Assembly (NCBI GenBank): GCA_951406725.2
Contig: OX597821.1
Coordinates: 115,134,001 to 115,198,000, forward strand
Reading direction: 5' to 3'
Source of the DNA: Octopus vulgaris
Taxonomy: Eukaryota
Length of the DNA: 64,000 nucleotides
The position numbers were made by a program, and so were the translations under genes. The notes beneath the pieces were generated by a model. The model ran no database searches and had not been told where the DNA came from. It saw nothing but the letters and a program-made list of their open reading frames with translations. Numbering within the stretch: the first letter of the stretch is position 1; every line of letters begins with the position of its first letter. Of this stretch, positions 37,947-50,246 are shown in pieces.

Positions 37947-39112
37947 GTAAGTGATCTTTTTTCATTCTGTAGACATAAAAGCACATACACACATACACAC
38001 ACATACACACACAGAGATACATATCTATCTATGTAGCTGTCTGTTTGTCTGTCTATGTCTGTCTATCTATCTCTTTCTGGTTGTCTGTCTATCTGGCTCT
38101 CTATCTACCCATCTGCTTATGTACCTGTCTATGTTTTTCTGTCTGTCTATATATGCACACACACACACACATACATGATAGGCTTCTTTCAGTTTCCTTC
38201 AACCAAATCCACTCCCAAGGCCATGGTCAGTCCAGGCCATAGTAGAAGGCACTTGCCCAAGATGTTTTAGGTTGTAACGGTCATTTTGGTTTGATATCAA
38301 ATCAAGAAAAAATTTGCTCAAAATAAATGTAATAAAGCTGTAATTAACTGTGATGACCTATCGGTAAAGGCATTCCAACCATGATCACCCTGCCTTACAG
38401 AACATTAACCATTGTATCCTTTCTATTTTTAAGATTATGAGGTATAATTAAAGGGAGATTTAGTTGCTATTTCTAGCAGTTGGATAGCAATATTGAAGCT
38501 CCCTAAACCTTTTAGATTGTTAAAAACATACACAAAGGATTTGAAAAAGGATTTTTTACAGAAAATTTCAATTACATTCCAATTTCATTTTCCCATTGCA
38601 TTATTAGATTTACCTGAAACAGAAGAAATCATTTAGAAATGTTTTATTTTTCTTGTTAAACATACACATAATATATAAAAATGGATCTTAAACTCATGCT
38701 TATTGATGTAGAATTTTAAAATGGTAAAATTGATTTTTAAAAAATTCTGTTCATTTTCCTATCCTTCTCTCCTGGAAAGAATCTAACTAGATTTTTAATA
38801 CTTTTCTGAGGTGGTTCAAATATTTTAATTTGATACTGCAGATATATTTTATTTGCAGTTAATAAAATTTCATCATAACTTCAATATTAAATGTAACAAG
38901 GTGACAACCTGGCAAAACTGTTAGAACCACTGGGTAAAATCCAGAGCAACATTTCATTGGCCTTTATGTTCTGGGTTCAATTTCTGCCATGGTCAACTTT
39001 GCCTTTCATTCTTTCTGGGTTGATATAATCAGTTTATCCCTTCACCTGAAATTACTGGCCTCATGCCAAAATTTGAAGTCATAATTATTATTATTATTAT
39101 TATCATTACTAA

Positions 39113-39320
39113 AGGTGGTGAGCTAGTACACTGGGTGAAATGCTTAGCAGTATTTTGTCTGTCTTTAAGTTCTGAGTTCAAATTCCGCCAATGTTGACTT
39201 TGCCTTTTATCCTTTCGGGGTTGATAAATAAAGTACCAGTTGCATACTGGGATCAATCTAATTGACTGACCCCCTCCCCCACCTAAAATTTCAAGCCTTG
39301 TGCCTTCAGTAGAAAGGATT
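39113..39320 (+). mobile_element. Second tRNA-derived SINE family (GGTGAGCTGGCAG..GTTCTGAGTTCAAATTC..AAGTACCAG..GGGGTC). Other copies ~6585-6990, 30170-30380, 38900-39080, 40030-40215, 40230-40410(-), 50627-50782(-), 55255-55460(-), 58680-58825
   Basis: Recurrent ~200-bp unit with B box GAGTTCAAAT and a shared body, often next to (ATT)n. Confidence 0.8.
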
Positions 39321-39339
39321 ATTACTATTATTATTATTT

Positions 39340-39957
39340 TTTACTTTTAATCTGCATGTTTGTGACAGTCACTTGCCAAGTCACACCCAGCGTCCTGGGT
39401 CAAGTGAAGGATAAAAGATGTTACAGTATGACTGAAAGCTTGGAGAGGAAGTGTAGTGAAATGTCTTCATGTAATACAACACAGTTCTAAGTATGTGGGC
39501 AGTACTTGTCAGTACAATCTTTTGTATTTTTCTGAGACATAGTTCTCCTGGAATGTTATCTAGATGTTTCTGACATCCCTTTTTTGCCATACCTAGGGCA
39601 CCTGCAATAACCTGAACAGTTCTTGTTTTAAGATGCCACATCTTTTGTATTTCAATATCCAGGTCCTTATATTTACTTAGTTTGTCAAATTCCTTGACAT
39701 ATTTTTATCAGTGGGAACATTTACATTTATTATTCTACAAATAATTTCTTCTCTGTCTTTAATAATTATGTCTGGTCAATTAGCCTGGATTGTTCTGTCT
39801 GTGTTGACTGGAAAACCCTAGAGGATAGTGACATTTTTACCTTCAACAACCAGCTCAGGATGATATTCATAACAGGAAGCAGGAGGGCTAATTTTGTTGT
39901 GTTTACATATTTTCCAGTATAAATACTGTCCTACCCTATCATGGCGTTTTTTGTATC
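39340..39957 (-). mobile_element. R4/Dong-like non-LTR retrotransposon 3' fragment (restriction-like endonuclease C-terminus) in (TAA)n
   Basis: The minus strand gives RHDRVGQYLYWKICK..HPELVVEGKNVTIL..FPVNTDRTIQAN*PDIIIKD and WHLKTRTVQVIAGALG..LRKIQKIVLTSTAHILRTVL; flanked by TAA/ATT arrays, the known Dong target. Confidence 0.8.
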
Positions 39958-39983
39958 ATTATTATTATTATTATTATTATTAA

Positions 39984-40026
<43 letters not shown>

Positions 40027-40516
40027 TTGTGGTGAGCTGGTAGAATTGTTAGAATTCTGTTAAGCATTTTGTCTGAGATGCTGTGTTCAAATTTTACCAA
40101 GATTAACTTTGCTTTTCATCTTTCCAAAATTAATGAAATAAGTACCAGTTGAGTATTGGGGTCAATGTGATTGACTTACCTTCACCCACAAAATTGCTGG
40201 CCTTGTGCTAAAATATGCTATTCATATTGACTTCAAATTTTGGCACAAGGACATCAGGGAATAAGTTGATACATTGACCCTAGTGCTCAAAAGGTACTTA
40301 TTTTATTGACCCCGAAAGGAGGAAAGGCCAAGTCGACCTCTGTGGCATTTGAACCCAGAATATAATGATGGACAAAATGCCCAGCATTTTACCGATTCTA
40401 CCAGCTCGCCATCTTAAACTGACTAATGTAATATTGGTTACAAACAGAAAAATTTCAGAATATATTAGAATCTTGTCTTAATTCACCTTTTTTTTTTTTT
40501 TTTTTCCCATTTCCAG

Positions 40517-40730
40517 TATTACTGGTGGACATTTGGAATATTATTGAAGCATTTCGAGAAAATGGTCTGAATACACTGGAACCAGATTCTGAACTCAATG
40601 TCTCGCGGCTAGAGACAATTCTTTCTAGTATCTTCCATCAGCTAAATAAACGCCTCCCAAGTTCACAACAAATCTCTGTCGATCAATCTGTGAATCTATT
40701 GCTGAATTGGTTAATAAGTGCCTATGATCG
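40517..40730 (+). CDS. DTNB: Dystrobrevin coding exon 3, EF-hand-like region ([72 protein letters not shown])
   Basis: Long poly-T tract plus ccAG acceptor at 40515-40516; donor GTTTGT at 40731; 214 nt; matches dystrobrevin VDIWNVIEA.RENx[27 protein letters not shown]. Confidence 0.97.
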
Positions 40731-41380
40731 GTTTGTACTGGCATTTTTTGCTGATATTTCTTTCTTTTTTTTTTGGTTTTTTGACAAAGTTTTGTTTTTA
40801 TTTGTTCTTGCAACTCTTTACTTTTATTATTTTTTTCTTTTTTTTTGGTTTAGTTTGACATAAAGTTTGTAAATAAAAGTTTTTTTTTTGTGATTTGATT
40901 CGAGATAAATGTGTTGTAAGCAGAAACTATTAAATGAAAAGAGAATCATCATAACCATTTAGATGCGTGTGTATGTATGTACATATGTATATATATCGTT
41001 TCGTTTAATGTCCGCTTTCCATGCTAGCATGGGTTGGACGAATGACTGAGGGCTGGCGAACCAGATGGCTGCACCAGGCTTCAATCTTGATCTGGCAGAG
41101 TTTCTACAGCTGGATGCCCTTCCTAATGCCAACCACTCTCAGAGTGTAGTGGGTGCTTTTACGTGCCACCGGCACAGGGGCCAGTCAGGCAGTACTGGCA
41201 ACGACTGGTACATGCCACTGGTACAGGTGCCAGTAAGGCGATGCTGGTAACGATCACGCTCAAATGGTGCCTTTTAAGTTCCACTGGCACGGAAGCCGGT
41301 TAGCCACTCTGTCAATGGTCACACTCGTATGGTGCTCTTTGCACCCTGCTAGCACGGACGCCAGTCATCGAATTTGATTT

Positions 41381-41448
<68 letters not shown>

Positions 41449-41552
41449 GTATGTATATTTGAGAGTCAGTTGAATTAGGTACTGAAGATGAAACTCCAAG
41501 TCAGTCCGATATTATCCGCACAGCTCGAAGTAAGGTGAATAAAATCAAAATA

Positions 41553-41632
41553 AGCTGAGGATGGCATTGCCTTTAAATTGATGTAATCATTGCATTGTTC
41601 AATTAAATGGAGTCGCTTGAAACAGTCGTACT
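41553..41632 (+). ncRNA. Hammerhead-like motif with long imperfect stem II
   Basis: AG-CUGAGGA-UGGCAUUGCCUUUAAAUUG..CAAUUAAAUGGAGUCGCUU-GAAAC-AGUC-GUA-CU. Proximal stem I is only 2 bp, but AUCAAAAUAAGC (41544-41555) is complementary to GCUUAUUUUGAU (41656-41667). It lies in a ~210-bp insert between (TA)n tracts. Confidence 0.6.
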
Positions 41633-41669
41633 GCATCACTACTTGACATCCTGTTGCTTATTTTGATAT

Positions 41670-41720
<51 letters not shown>

Positions 41721-41833
41721 ATAAATTCAGGGTGAATACTTGATAAGTATAAGCACCTGTATATGCCAGCTAGTAGCAGAGGTGAGAGGATACATGTATC
41801 AAATGAAATAAAAAACAGAACACAAAGGATGTC

Positions 41834-41925
41834 GCGGTACACATGTTTCGAGCTTTATAAAACAACTTATTCTTACATCAATGTATAATTGACATAACAG
41901 ATAGTTTAAAGCCCTCTTCAGCCGC
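41834..41925 (-). ncRNA. Type I hammerhead ribozyme (minimal stem III, long stem II), core intact
   Basis: The minus strand reads GCGG-CUGAAGA-GGGCUUUA..loop..UAAAGCUC-GAAAC-AUGU-GUA-CCGC. Stem I GCGG/CCGC, 8-bp stem II, stem III AC/GU with palindromic ACAUGU, GUA cleavage triplet. Confidence 0.85.
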
Positions 41926-41976
41926 ATGCAATTGCTACACCAAAGACTTGTATCACATTATGAAAGGCCTGAAAAA

Positions 41977-42206
41977 GAACATTTGGTATTATTTATAATG
42001 GCAAGTAAATTGAGTATCACTGAGAAAGTATGTTTGTAAATCTTCATAATCAAATAGGTGTACAGGGTATTATTGGACTCCAAAAATCCGTCCATACCGT
42101 ATTCTCACTCAATAACCCTGTACACCTATTTGATCATGAAGATTTACAAACATACTTTCTCAGTGATACTCAATTTACCTACCATTATAAATAATACCAA
42201 ATGTTC
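41977..42206. repeat. ~97-bp inverted repeat (fold-back) upstream of the minus-strand hammerhead
   Basis: GAACATTTGGTATTATTTATAATGG..TAGGTGTACAGGG..TTATTG mirrored by CAATAACCCTGTACACCTA..CCATTATAAATAATACCAAATGTTC, with few mismatches. Confidence 0.92.
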
Positions 42207-42371
42207 AATAGAACTGTTTTAACTGTTCTTTGTCAATACAATCATTTTTTGCATTCACTGAGTAGTACCAACTGAATTCTTTCTTCTTTGGACAAACTCA
42301 TATTCATTCTGCAAAAGGAAAACTCAAGAATATAAGTGATATTTCCCAGATATCTAGTCTTTATGACTACC

Positions 42372-42418
<47 letters not shown>

Positions 42419-44820
42419 TGTATAATATACTAGCTTAAAACCACCTCATCGGGGGGCTTTTAAACTAGCTCCTGTGGAGGGCTCTTCATTGGGCTTTGGG
42501 CCCAACAATGACACTTCATGCATTGAGTACATATTTAATTTTATTAAACTTGACCAATATTTTTTAAAGCAATGAACAATTTTCATCAAAACAATGATAT
42601 TTGTCAACTTGGAACTTATTGCAAAGCCACAATAAGTTCCAAGTCGACATTTGGTGGGGTCAGTACAATTTTTTTCTCTCTCTAACCTCTCTCTCTCTCT
42701 GTCTCTGTCTCTCTCTCTTTCTATTGATTATTTTCAACCATCACCAGTACCACCTCAACTGCCATACACACACCATTCAGATTTCTGATGCTACCACCAT
42801 CAATACTTTCTGCTTCTCCTCCACCACCATCATGATATAAATAGGGGGGTACCCCCTCCACAAATAGTCTCTTTACATGCTAGATATAGCAACCAAAAGC
42901 TCCCTCAACTCACACTACAAGTCTTAAAAATGGGAAAGGACCCCTTGTATAATGTTGTCCTATATACCTTGCTTTTATCTTTCCTTTGCTCCAGTCATTC
43001 GACTGCTCTTCTCACTGGGGCCACTGCAGGCTTTTAGGGGAACAAATCAAACCCTGGAATTTTTATATATTTTTAAAGTTTGGTACTTATTCTGTTGATT
43101 GCTTTTGCTGAACTGCTAGTTTAGAGAGACATAAACATAGCAACACCACTTGTCAAGTGGGGTGGATGGGGTACAAACACAGACACACGCACGCTCACAC
43201 ACATACCCCCCCCCTCACACACACGTTTGTGTTTGTGCATGAAACGCTTCCACACAGTTTCCATCCATCAAATCCACTCACAGAGCATTTCTTGGCCTGG
43301 GGTTATAAGTTGAAGACACCTGCCCTAGGTACCATGCAATAGGACTGAACTTGAAACCATGTGGGTTGCAAAATGAGCTTCTTAACCATTCTGCCATTAT
43401 GTTCATGACAAGAAACAAACTAACACAACAATATAAAACCAGGATCATCACGAATGAGATGACTATGAAATCAGGTCTACTAGACAAAAAATGGCCTGGG
43501 GCTAAATAAAAAAAAGGGCGTACATATTGATAAATGTACTCTTAGATATATTATGCCTGAATAAATAACAGGATGTTGTCACTGTTAGAGTCCTCTCCAT
43601 GACAGGCCTGCTCTATCAGGCTGACCTGGGGTTAAACAACAACAAACATTTGAGTAATGTAACACCACATCCTGTCCATCCTCTGTCATCATTGGACATA
43701 CACACGGACTTGGTGGGGGTGGGGGTATTAGGAGACCAGCTGAAAGGTCACTGGTTTGTTTCTGGTTGCTGGTATTAGGTTACATTTTTGGTTAAAACAA
43801 TTTTCTGTTTTGGGAATGTTTTTGGTTGTTTTTATTTTAATTAAAAGTTCCATGGGGGAGGGAGAGAGGGGGGAAAAGGAAGAGGAGGAGGAGGAGGAGT
43901 AACATAGCTTTCCTCATTAATTATATAGGTTAATGAGGTATTATTTAATGCTTTTCGTAGGTGCAGCCATGGCTGTGTGGTTAAAAAGCTCAATTTGTAA
44001 CCACATGGTCCCCAGTTCAATTCCACTTCTAGAATCAAATTGGCCGATGCCTTGTGAATGAGTCTGGTAGACAAGAACTGTGTGAAAACCCATGTGATGT
44101 GTAGGTATGGCTGTGTGGTAAGAAGTTTGCTTGTTAACCACCACATGGTTCCAGGTTCAGTCCCACCATTTTGGGCAAGTATCTTCTACTATAGCCTCAG
44201 GCCCACCAAAACCTTGTGAGTGGATTTCGTAGATGGAAACTGTAAAAAGTCTGTTGAGTGTGTGTGTGTCTTTGTGTCTGCATTCGACCTCCTCCACTGC
44301 TTAACAACTGGCATTGGTCTGTTTATGTCCTTGTAACATAGCAGTTTGGCAAAAGAAACTGACAGAATATATACCAGACTGAAAAAACAAGGACCGGGGT
44401 CAATTTGTTTGATTAAATGCTTCAAGGTGGTGCCCCAGCATGGCCACTGTTCAATGACTAAAATGAATAGAAAATAAAAGGTTTGAACAATGGAAAATTA
44501 GGGGGGGGGAATCACTGTTGATCTAATTGTGATGTATAGTTTAATTAATCAATGTTTATTATTAAAAACGCAACGAGTGGCTTTGACCTTGCATGATGAC
44601 TCACCAAGTGTTATGGAAAGGAATTGGCTTAACCAGAGACACATGGAATGTAATGGGGACAGGATGCGGAATCCCCCTTTTCTGTGACTGTGGAATGGTC
44701 CAATCTATGAGTCACCTGCTTTGATAGTTTGTCAGGTTTCAAATTTTCTTTGCTGTTTGAATGATTTCAGACATAACAAAGATTGCAATGCATGTACACG
44801 CGCACGTATGTGTGTGTGTG

Positions 44821-45190
44821 TATACATACATACATACATACATACATACATGCATGCATACATACATACATACATACATACATACATACATACATACACA
44901 CACACATACATACATACACATACATACACATACATACACACATACATACATACATACATACATACATACATACATACATACATACATACATACATACATA
45001 CATACATACATACATACATACATACATACATACATACATACACACATACATACATACATACATACATACATACATACATACATACATACATACATACATA
45101 CATACATACATACATACATACATACATACATACATACATACATACGTACATACGTACATACATACATACATACATACATACATGTATGTA
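44821..45190. repeat. (TACA)n microsatellite
   Basis: Direct inspection. Confidence 0.98.
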
Positions 45191-46397
45191 TGTATGTATA
45201 GATTGATAGATAGATGTGTGTATGTATATGTGTGTCTATATACACTATATATATATATATAGTGTATATAGACACACATATACATACACACATCTATCCA
45301 TCAATCTATACATACATACATATATATCATCATTTACATAGATTGATAGATAAATGTGTGTATATATCATCATTTTAATATCCACTTTTCCATGTGTGTG
45401 TGTGTGTGTATGCATATCTGTATGAATATGTATGCATGTGTATGTATATACGTATATGTGGATGCATGTATAAGTGTGTGTGTGTGTGTGCATATATATA
45501 TATATATATTGAAAGTGTTGAAAGCAAAGTCTAGACATTTCCATATATTTAAAACTGCTAAAATCTAATGTATTTTAACAACCAGAAAAAAAAAGAAAAA
45601 GAAAAGAAAAGGAAAGAAAATTACATATTTGTAACATTAGCAATTGAAATTATCACCCGACGACTTTTTAGTTTGTTCTGGATCCGCCACCTGACTGCCA
45701 TGTAAATTCAAGAAAGACAGGAATAATAATGATGATGATAATAATAATAATAATAATAATAATAAATCAATATTTAACTTTTATGCTTTCTTCGGTCACA
45801 GGTGAATTTAGTTTTGATTCTGAAGCAATTTTTATAAAAACTGTTTTCTCTTTCTGTCAGATTATGTATTAGAACATCTTTTTCATTTTGTTAGGTCGTT
45901 AATGTCCTAATTAAATAAATTAAAATTGGTGATATGATAATTTACATAATCACCATCATCATCATCGTTTAACGTCCGGCTTCCATGCTGATGTGGATGG
46001 TTTGACAGGATTCATTTGACCCAAGGACTCCACTGTGCCCCAGGGTCTGCCTTGGAATGGCTTCTACAGCTGGGTGCTCTTCCTGTCACCAACCATTTCA
46101 CAGGGAGTGTACTGGAGTGTTTCGTTTCATGTGACTAACACTACCCACGTGACCATACAGCTTGCAAGACCACAAACTTTGAGAAAAGTGGCTTTATACT
46201 AGGAGATGAGAAATTCCAGAAGAAGGTTCTCAACTATTTTTTCCTACAGGCCCCTTTCATTACTATTTTATTCTTTCAAAATCCCTATTTTGTTTTTTAC
46301 CCATTCACTTGTATAGGTTAGTAATTACACTCTCTGGAAGAACATATTTCAGTGGCCAGAAACAAATTAAAATATGTAAAACATTAGAGAAAGATAA

Positions 46398-46720
46398 TAC
46401 AGCTCTATATTTAAGAGATGAGGAATTATGTACATTATTTACATTAACCAGTACGCCATATGCCCGTGGGCATATGGCATAGTGGTTAAGAGCATGGACT
46501 ACTAACCCCAAGATTCTGAGTTCAATTCGAAGCAGTGACCTGAATAATAATAATATAATAATAATAATAATAATAATAACATCGTAAAATACTTTAGGAA
46601 TGAGAACTCAGGTTCTAAATTTCCCCAAGACACCTGATGAAGGCTGGAGGGTATATCAGCCGAAACATGTTAACAACAAACAAGATGAGGACAAATATCT
46701 GTCAAATGTAAATAATGTAA
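46398..46720. mobile_element. Palindromic tRNA-headed, hammerhead-containing element (copy 2, left arm internally deleted)
   Basis: 12-bp direct repeat ATTAGAGAAAGA at 46383-46394 and 46721-46732; central perfect hairpin GCCATATGCCC-GT-GGGCATATGGC at 46455-46478; A box TGGCATAGTGG and B box GAGTTCAATTC; hammerhead core at 46634-46666; inverted tail at 46398-46445. Confidence 0.85.
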
Positions 46721-46782
46721 ATTAGAGAAAGAAGCTGTTTCTTACAATAAAAATATCCAAAGGCAAACTTTTTCATGAACCC

Positions 46783-46986
46783 TTAATCCTTTAGCATTTG
46801 AACCTGCCATATCTGGCCTAAATATTCTGTTTTATGGTCAGGTCTAGCCTCCTACATTTATTCTACAATGTCGTTCTAAAAATATACAATCACATCATTA
46901 AAATTTCAAAGATCTGAGATAATTAATACAAAACCAGGTAAATAAATATTACATTTGATGGAGTAATCTGAATGCTAAAGGCTTAA
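46783..46986. mobile_element. Second piggyBac-like MITE family (copies also ~10309-10537 and ~21010-21212)
   Basis: TTAAyCCTTTAGCATT..AATGCTAAAGGsTTAA terminal inverted repeats and a shared interior. Confidence 0.7.
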
Positions 46987-47158
46987 TATACTACTGTCGG
47001 TCCCCAATTTACTTTTTTGGGCCCAAAATCTTATGTGGACTCCCAGGGGTCAGATGGATTCTGGTTGAGAACATCTGGGTTAGGGTATGAGAAAAGATGC
47101 CAGAGCAGGACAGATTTTTGTTGGTGTGGAGGAGCTGCTGATGTAGAGTTACATTTCA

Positions 47159-47547
47159 TTGCTATTATGTTAAACTGTCGTATGTCCAAATTTGGCCAAA
47201 TGTATTCTTTTTTCAATATTTCATTTTGCTTGCAATAGCTGGTTATTTTGGTCAAACTATCATATCTCCAGCTGCTTCAAATGCCAAGATATGAAGATTG
47301 TCATAGTGTAGTACAACAGTTTAGCATTTTTCAAAAGTGTAGTAAATCCCACATATGACAGTTTTGCAAGAATATTTCCAACTGAAAATATCATACATGC
47401 ATAGAGTTATGGCTTTATGCACCCAACAAAGTATTATTGTTTGGCTGAAACTGTAGCTGATGTAAAGAGAAATGGAATGGTGAAACTATTTTTTCGTTTT
47501 CTGAAAAAGCAACGTTTTGAATTTATGACACTTTTGCAGAATAGCAA
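47159..47547. mobile_element. MITE-like element with imperfect TIRs; internally deleted copy at ~9942-10155
   Basis: TTGCTATTATGTTAAACTGTCGTA versus the reverse complement of TATGACACTTTTGCAGAATAGCAA; the 5' ~170 bp recur at 9.95-10.1 kb. Confidence 0.65.
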
Positions 47548-47734
47548 CAATTTGTAGTCTCCATATGAGACAAAGACTTGATGATCACTCGAGGATCTTG
47601 TTTATAAGAAAAATTTTCATTGTCTGTTTCATAGTTCTCATAGCATATTCTATGAGGAAGACTTGGTTGCTATTTCTAGCTGGTTGAACTATTATACAGA
47701 AGTTTCCATGTTGGTTTCTACTATTAATAATAAT

Positions 47735-47769
<35 letters not shown>

Positions 47770-47771
<2 letters not shown>

Positions 47772-48474
47772 GCCCTGATGCAGCACCAGGCAATGGCTCT
47801 CATGGCTTTTGATCTGAACTGATTGGAAGTGTTATCATGTACATTGTTTTGTTTTTGGTATAAAAGATGAACTACAGCAAATATTCTGCTCAATACCACA
47901 GATTTGCTTGTCAGTTGTTTGACCATAACCATTTGAGCATGTCTCTTAGTGTCTGAAGATATGTGCATCTCTGACCACGAGCAGAAGTAGTGGGGGAGCA
48001 TCATAGCCATGTGTTGAGAGGGATTCTTTGGGGTTTGAATAATTCACCTCTGGAAACATGGGTGTTTCATTCAACATCCTTAAGCAACCCTTATTCAGGG
48101 ACCTTTTGAGTGGGATGGGTTACTCGAGTAGAAGAAAATTCTAACTGGACCACACCTGCAAGGTCATGTGCTGTTTATCTTGATATGAGATCACCATGTC
48201 GCGCACATATGGTTGTGATGCATGTGCCTAGTGTACCCTTATCAGACGGGTAGTCATGATGGGTATACTGAGCTTTGTATATTTTACCCCAGTGTCACTT
48301 TGATGGCATGCACTGCTCTCATCATCATCATCATCATCATTTAACGTCCGCTTTCCATGCTAGCATGGGTTGGACGGTTCAACTGGGGTCTGGGGAGCCC
48401 GAAGGCTGCACCAGTCAGATCTGGCAGTGTTTCTACAGCTGGATGCCCTTCCTAAACGCCAACCACTCACTCAA
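47770..48474. mobile_element. Unclassified (TAA)n-flanked repeat, interrupted by an RTE tail; partial second copy at ~57565-57690
   Basis: Bounded by (TAA)n on both sides; GTGTTGAGAGGG.TTCTTTGGGGTTTGAAT.ATTCAC..CTGGAAACATGGGTGTTTCAT recurs at 57.6 kb. Confidence 0.6.
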
Positions 48475-50160
48475 TAATAATAATAATAATAATAATGAGC
48501 CAATCTGAATGCTTTGTGATATTAAAAGCTTTGATTCATGGTTGTCAGTTGAAATCAAACATACATTGGTACTTGGTACTTGGTGCTGGTGTCACATAAA
48601 AGGCACTGGTGCTGGTGCCATAAAAATCATTGGTGATGGTGTCATGTAAAAAGTACCCGTGATGGTACCACAGTACCACATAAAAAGCACCCAACACACT
48701 CTGTAAAGTGGTTGGCATCAGGAAGGGCATTCAACCATGGAAACCATGCAAAACTGACAACTGGAGCTTGGTGTGGGTCCTGGCCTTGCCAGCTCTTGTC
48801 AAACTGTCCAACCCATGCCAGCATGGAAAATGGACATTAAAATGATGATGATGATGATGATTTCATCTTGCTCAGATAAATAAAATAAATCAGTGAAAAG
48901 ACTTTCATTAAATGAAATAATGTTTTGTTCCACAAATAAAAAAAGAACATTATCACCATCATTTAATGTTCATTTTCCAAAATTTATATATTTTTATTAT
49001 CTTTCATTATTTGATAAGAATTCAAAGAAAGAAACAACTTTTGATAAAAGTTGTATGTGCTGAAGTGTAGGGTGAAACCGTTCAAGATTTTGTTAGGATT
49101 GAGTTTTTGTGAAATGAGGATAACAGGTGTGGCGGGTGCGAGTGTGAATGTGTGTGAGTGTGTATGCGCAAGTGTGTGTGTGTGTGAGTGTATGTGTGTG
49201 CACAAGTGTGTGTGTGTGCGCGCAAATGTGCGTGAGAGTGTGTGAGAGAGAGAGAGAGAGAGAGTGTGTGTGCGCACACATTTATATGTGTATCATTTTG
49301 TTGATATTTATCTAATATTTGTCAATGTGTGTTTTACTCAATGTGAGTGTGTGCTTGTGTGTATGTGTGCATCTTAATATCTGCATGTGTTGCACATGTG
49401 TATGGGTGCGTGAGTGCATATTTCTATGTTGTCTTTGAAAATTAATCAACAGAATATCCATGAAGAACAGAAATAATGGAATATTCTTACATTAAGCAAA
49501 ACAACTGATTTACTTTAATTCCTGTTTGAATTAAATTCCAAAAGAAAATGACAGCTGTCATTATTAGCAATATTAACTGTTGCCATACCATATGCAGTCT
49601 CCATCCATAGTACCCTACCTCTGCATAGTACCTCCTCTCCACAGTACCCCATATACTGTTTCTTTATTGGTTAAACATGTAATCCAAGCTATGAAGCTTC
49701 TTGCTACTGTCTGATGATTTGGCAGCAGACATTTAATATTTGAAGAAATCTTTTTACTTGGAATACATTTATGATCACACTGACTTTTTGCTGTCTCTCC
49801 AGATTCCAATTATTCAGTCAAAGACAGAACTATTTTCCATTTTTACCAGCTGTCAATAATTCATCTCTTCAGCAATCTCTTCTACTCTATGCATTTTTTT
49901 TTTTTTGCTTCATATTATTGTTGGTTACTTTTTTTTAGATTTCTATCCTTTTTTGCTGATATCTTTTTGCAAGGTTATGTTTACATTGGTATCGACTTTA
50001 GAGAAATCAGTCTCATAATCACCACCACCACCACCTCCACACATCATTTTTACCACGATTCTCACTCAATCTCTATCAGCCACTTATATTTCCAACCCCT
50101 TCTCCTCCTCTCTCTTTTGGTTCCATGTATTTCAATAATGTTTTTCTTTTTCCTTTGCAG

Positions 50161-50246
50161 TGAACACAAAGGCCGAATTCTGGTATTCTCTCTCAAAGTT
50201 TCGTTGTCTCATCTCTGTACAGGAAAATTAATGGACAAACTTCGAT
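50161..50246 (+). CDS. DTNB: Dystrobrevin coding exon 4 (EHKGRILVFSLKVSLSHLCTGKLMDKLR)
   Basis: tttgcAG acceptor at 50159-50160 and GTAAGT donor at 50247; 86 nt; in frame with exon 3 (CG+T=Arg); matches dystrobrevin GKI.VF..K..LA.LC.GK.MDKLRY. The next exon was not found in the window. Confidence 0.96.

Noticed and set aside
40731-40863. Hydrophobic 'transmembrane' tail of the 112-aa ORF
   Set aside because: Read-through into a T-rich intron after the GT donor at 40731.
44721-45293. Long ORFs of YIHT/MYVC repeats (likewise 15166-15789, 54074-54664, 58806-59222, 856-1248)
   Set aside because: Translations of microsatellites; no coding evidence.
46468-46540. Functional tRNA gene (also the SINE heads at 1650 and 21393)
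   Set aside because: Acceptor and anticodon stems do not pair properly and each is fused to a repeat body; these are SINE-type heads.
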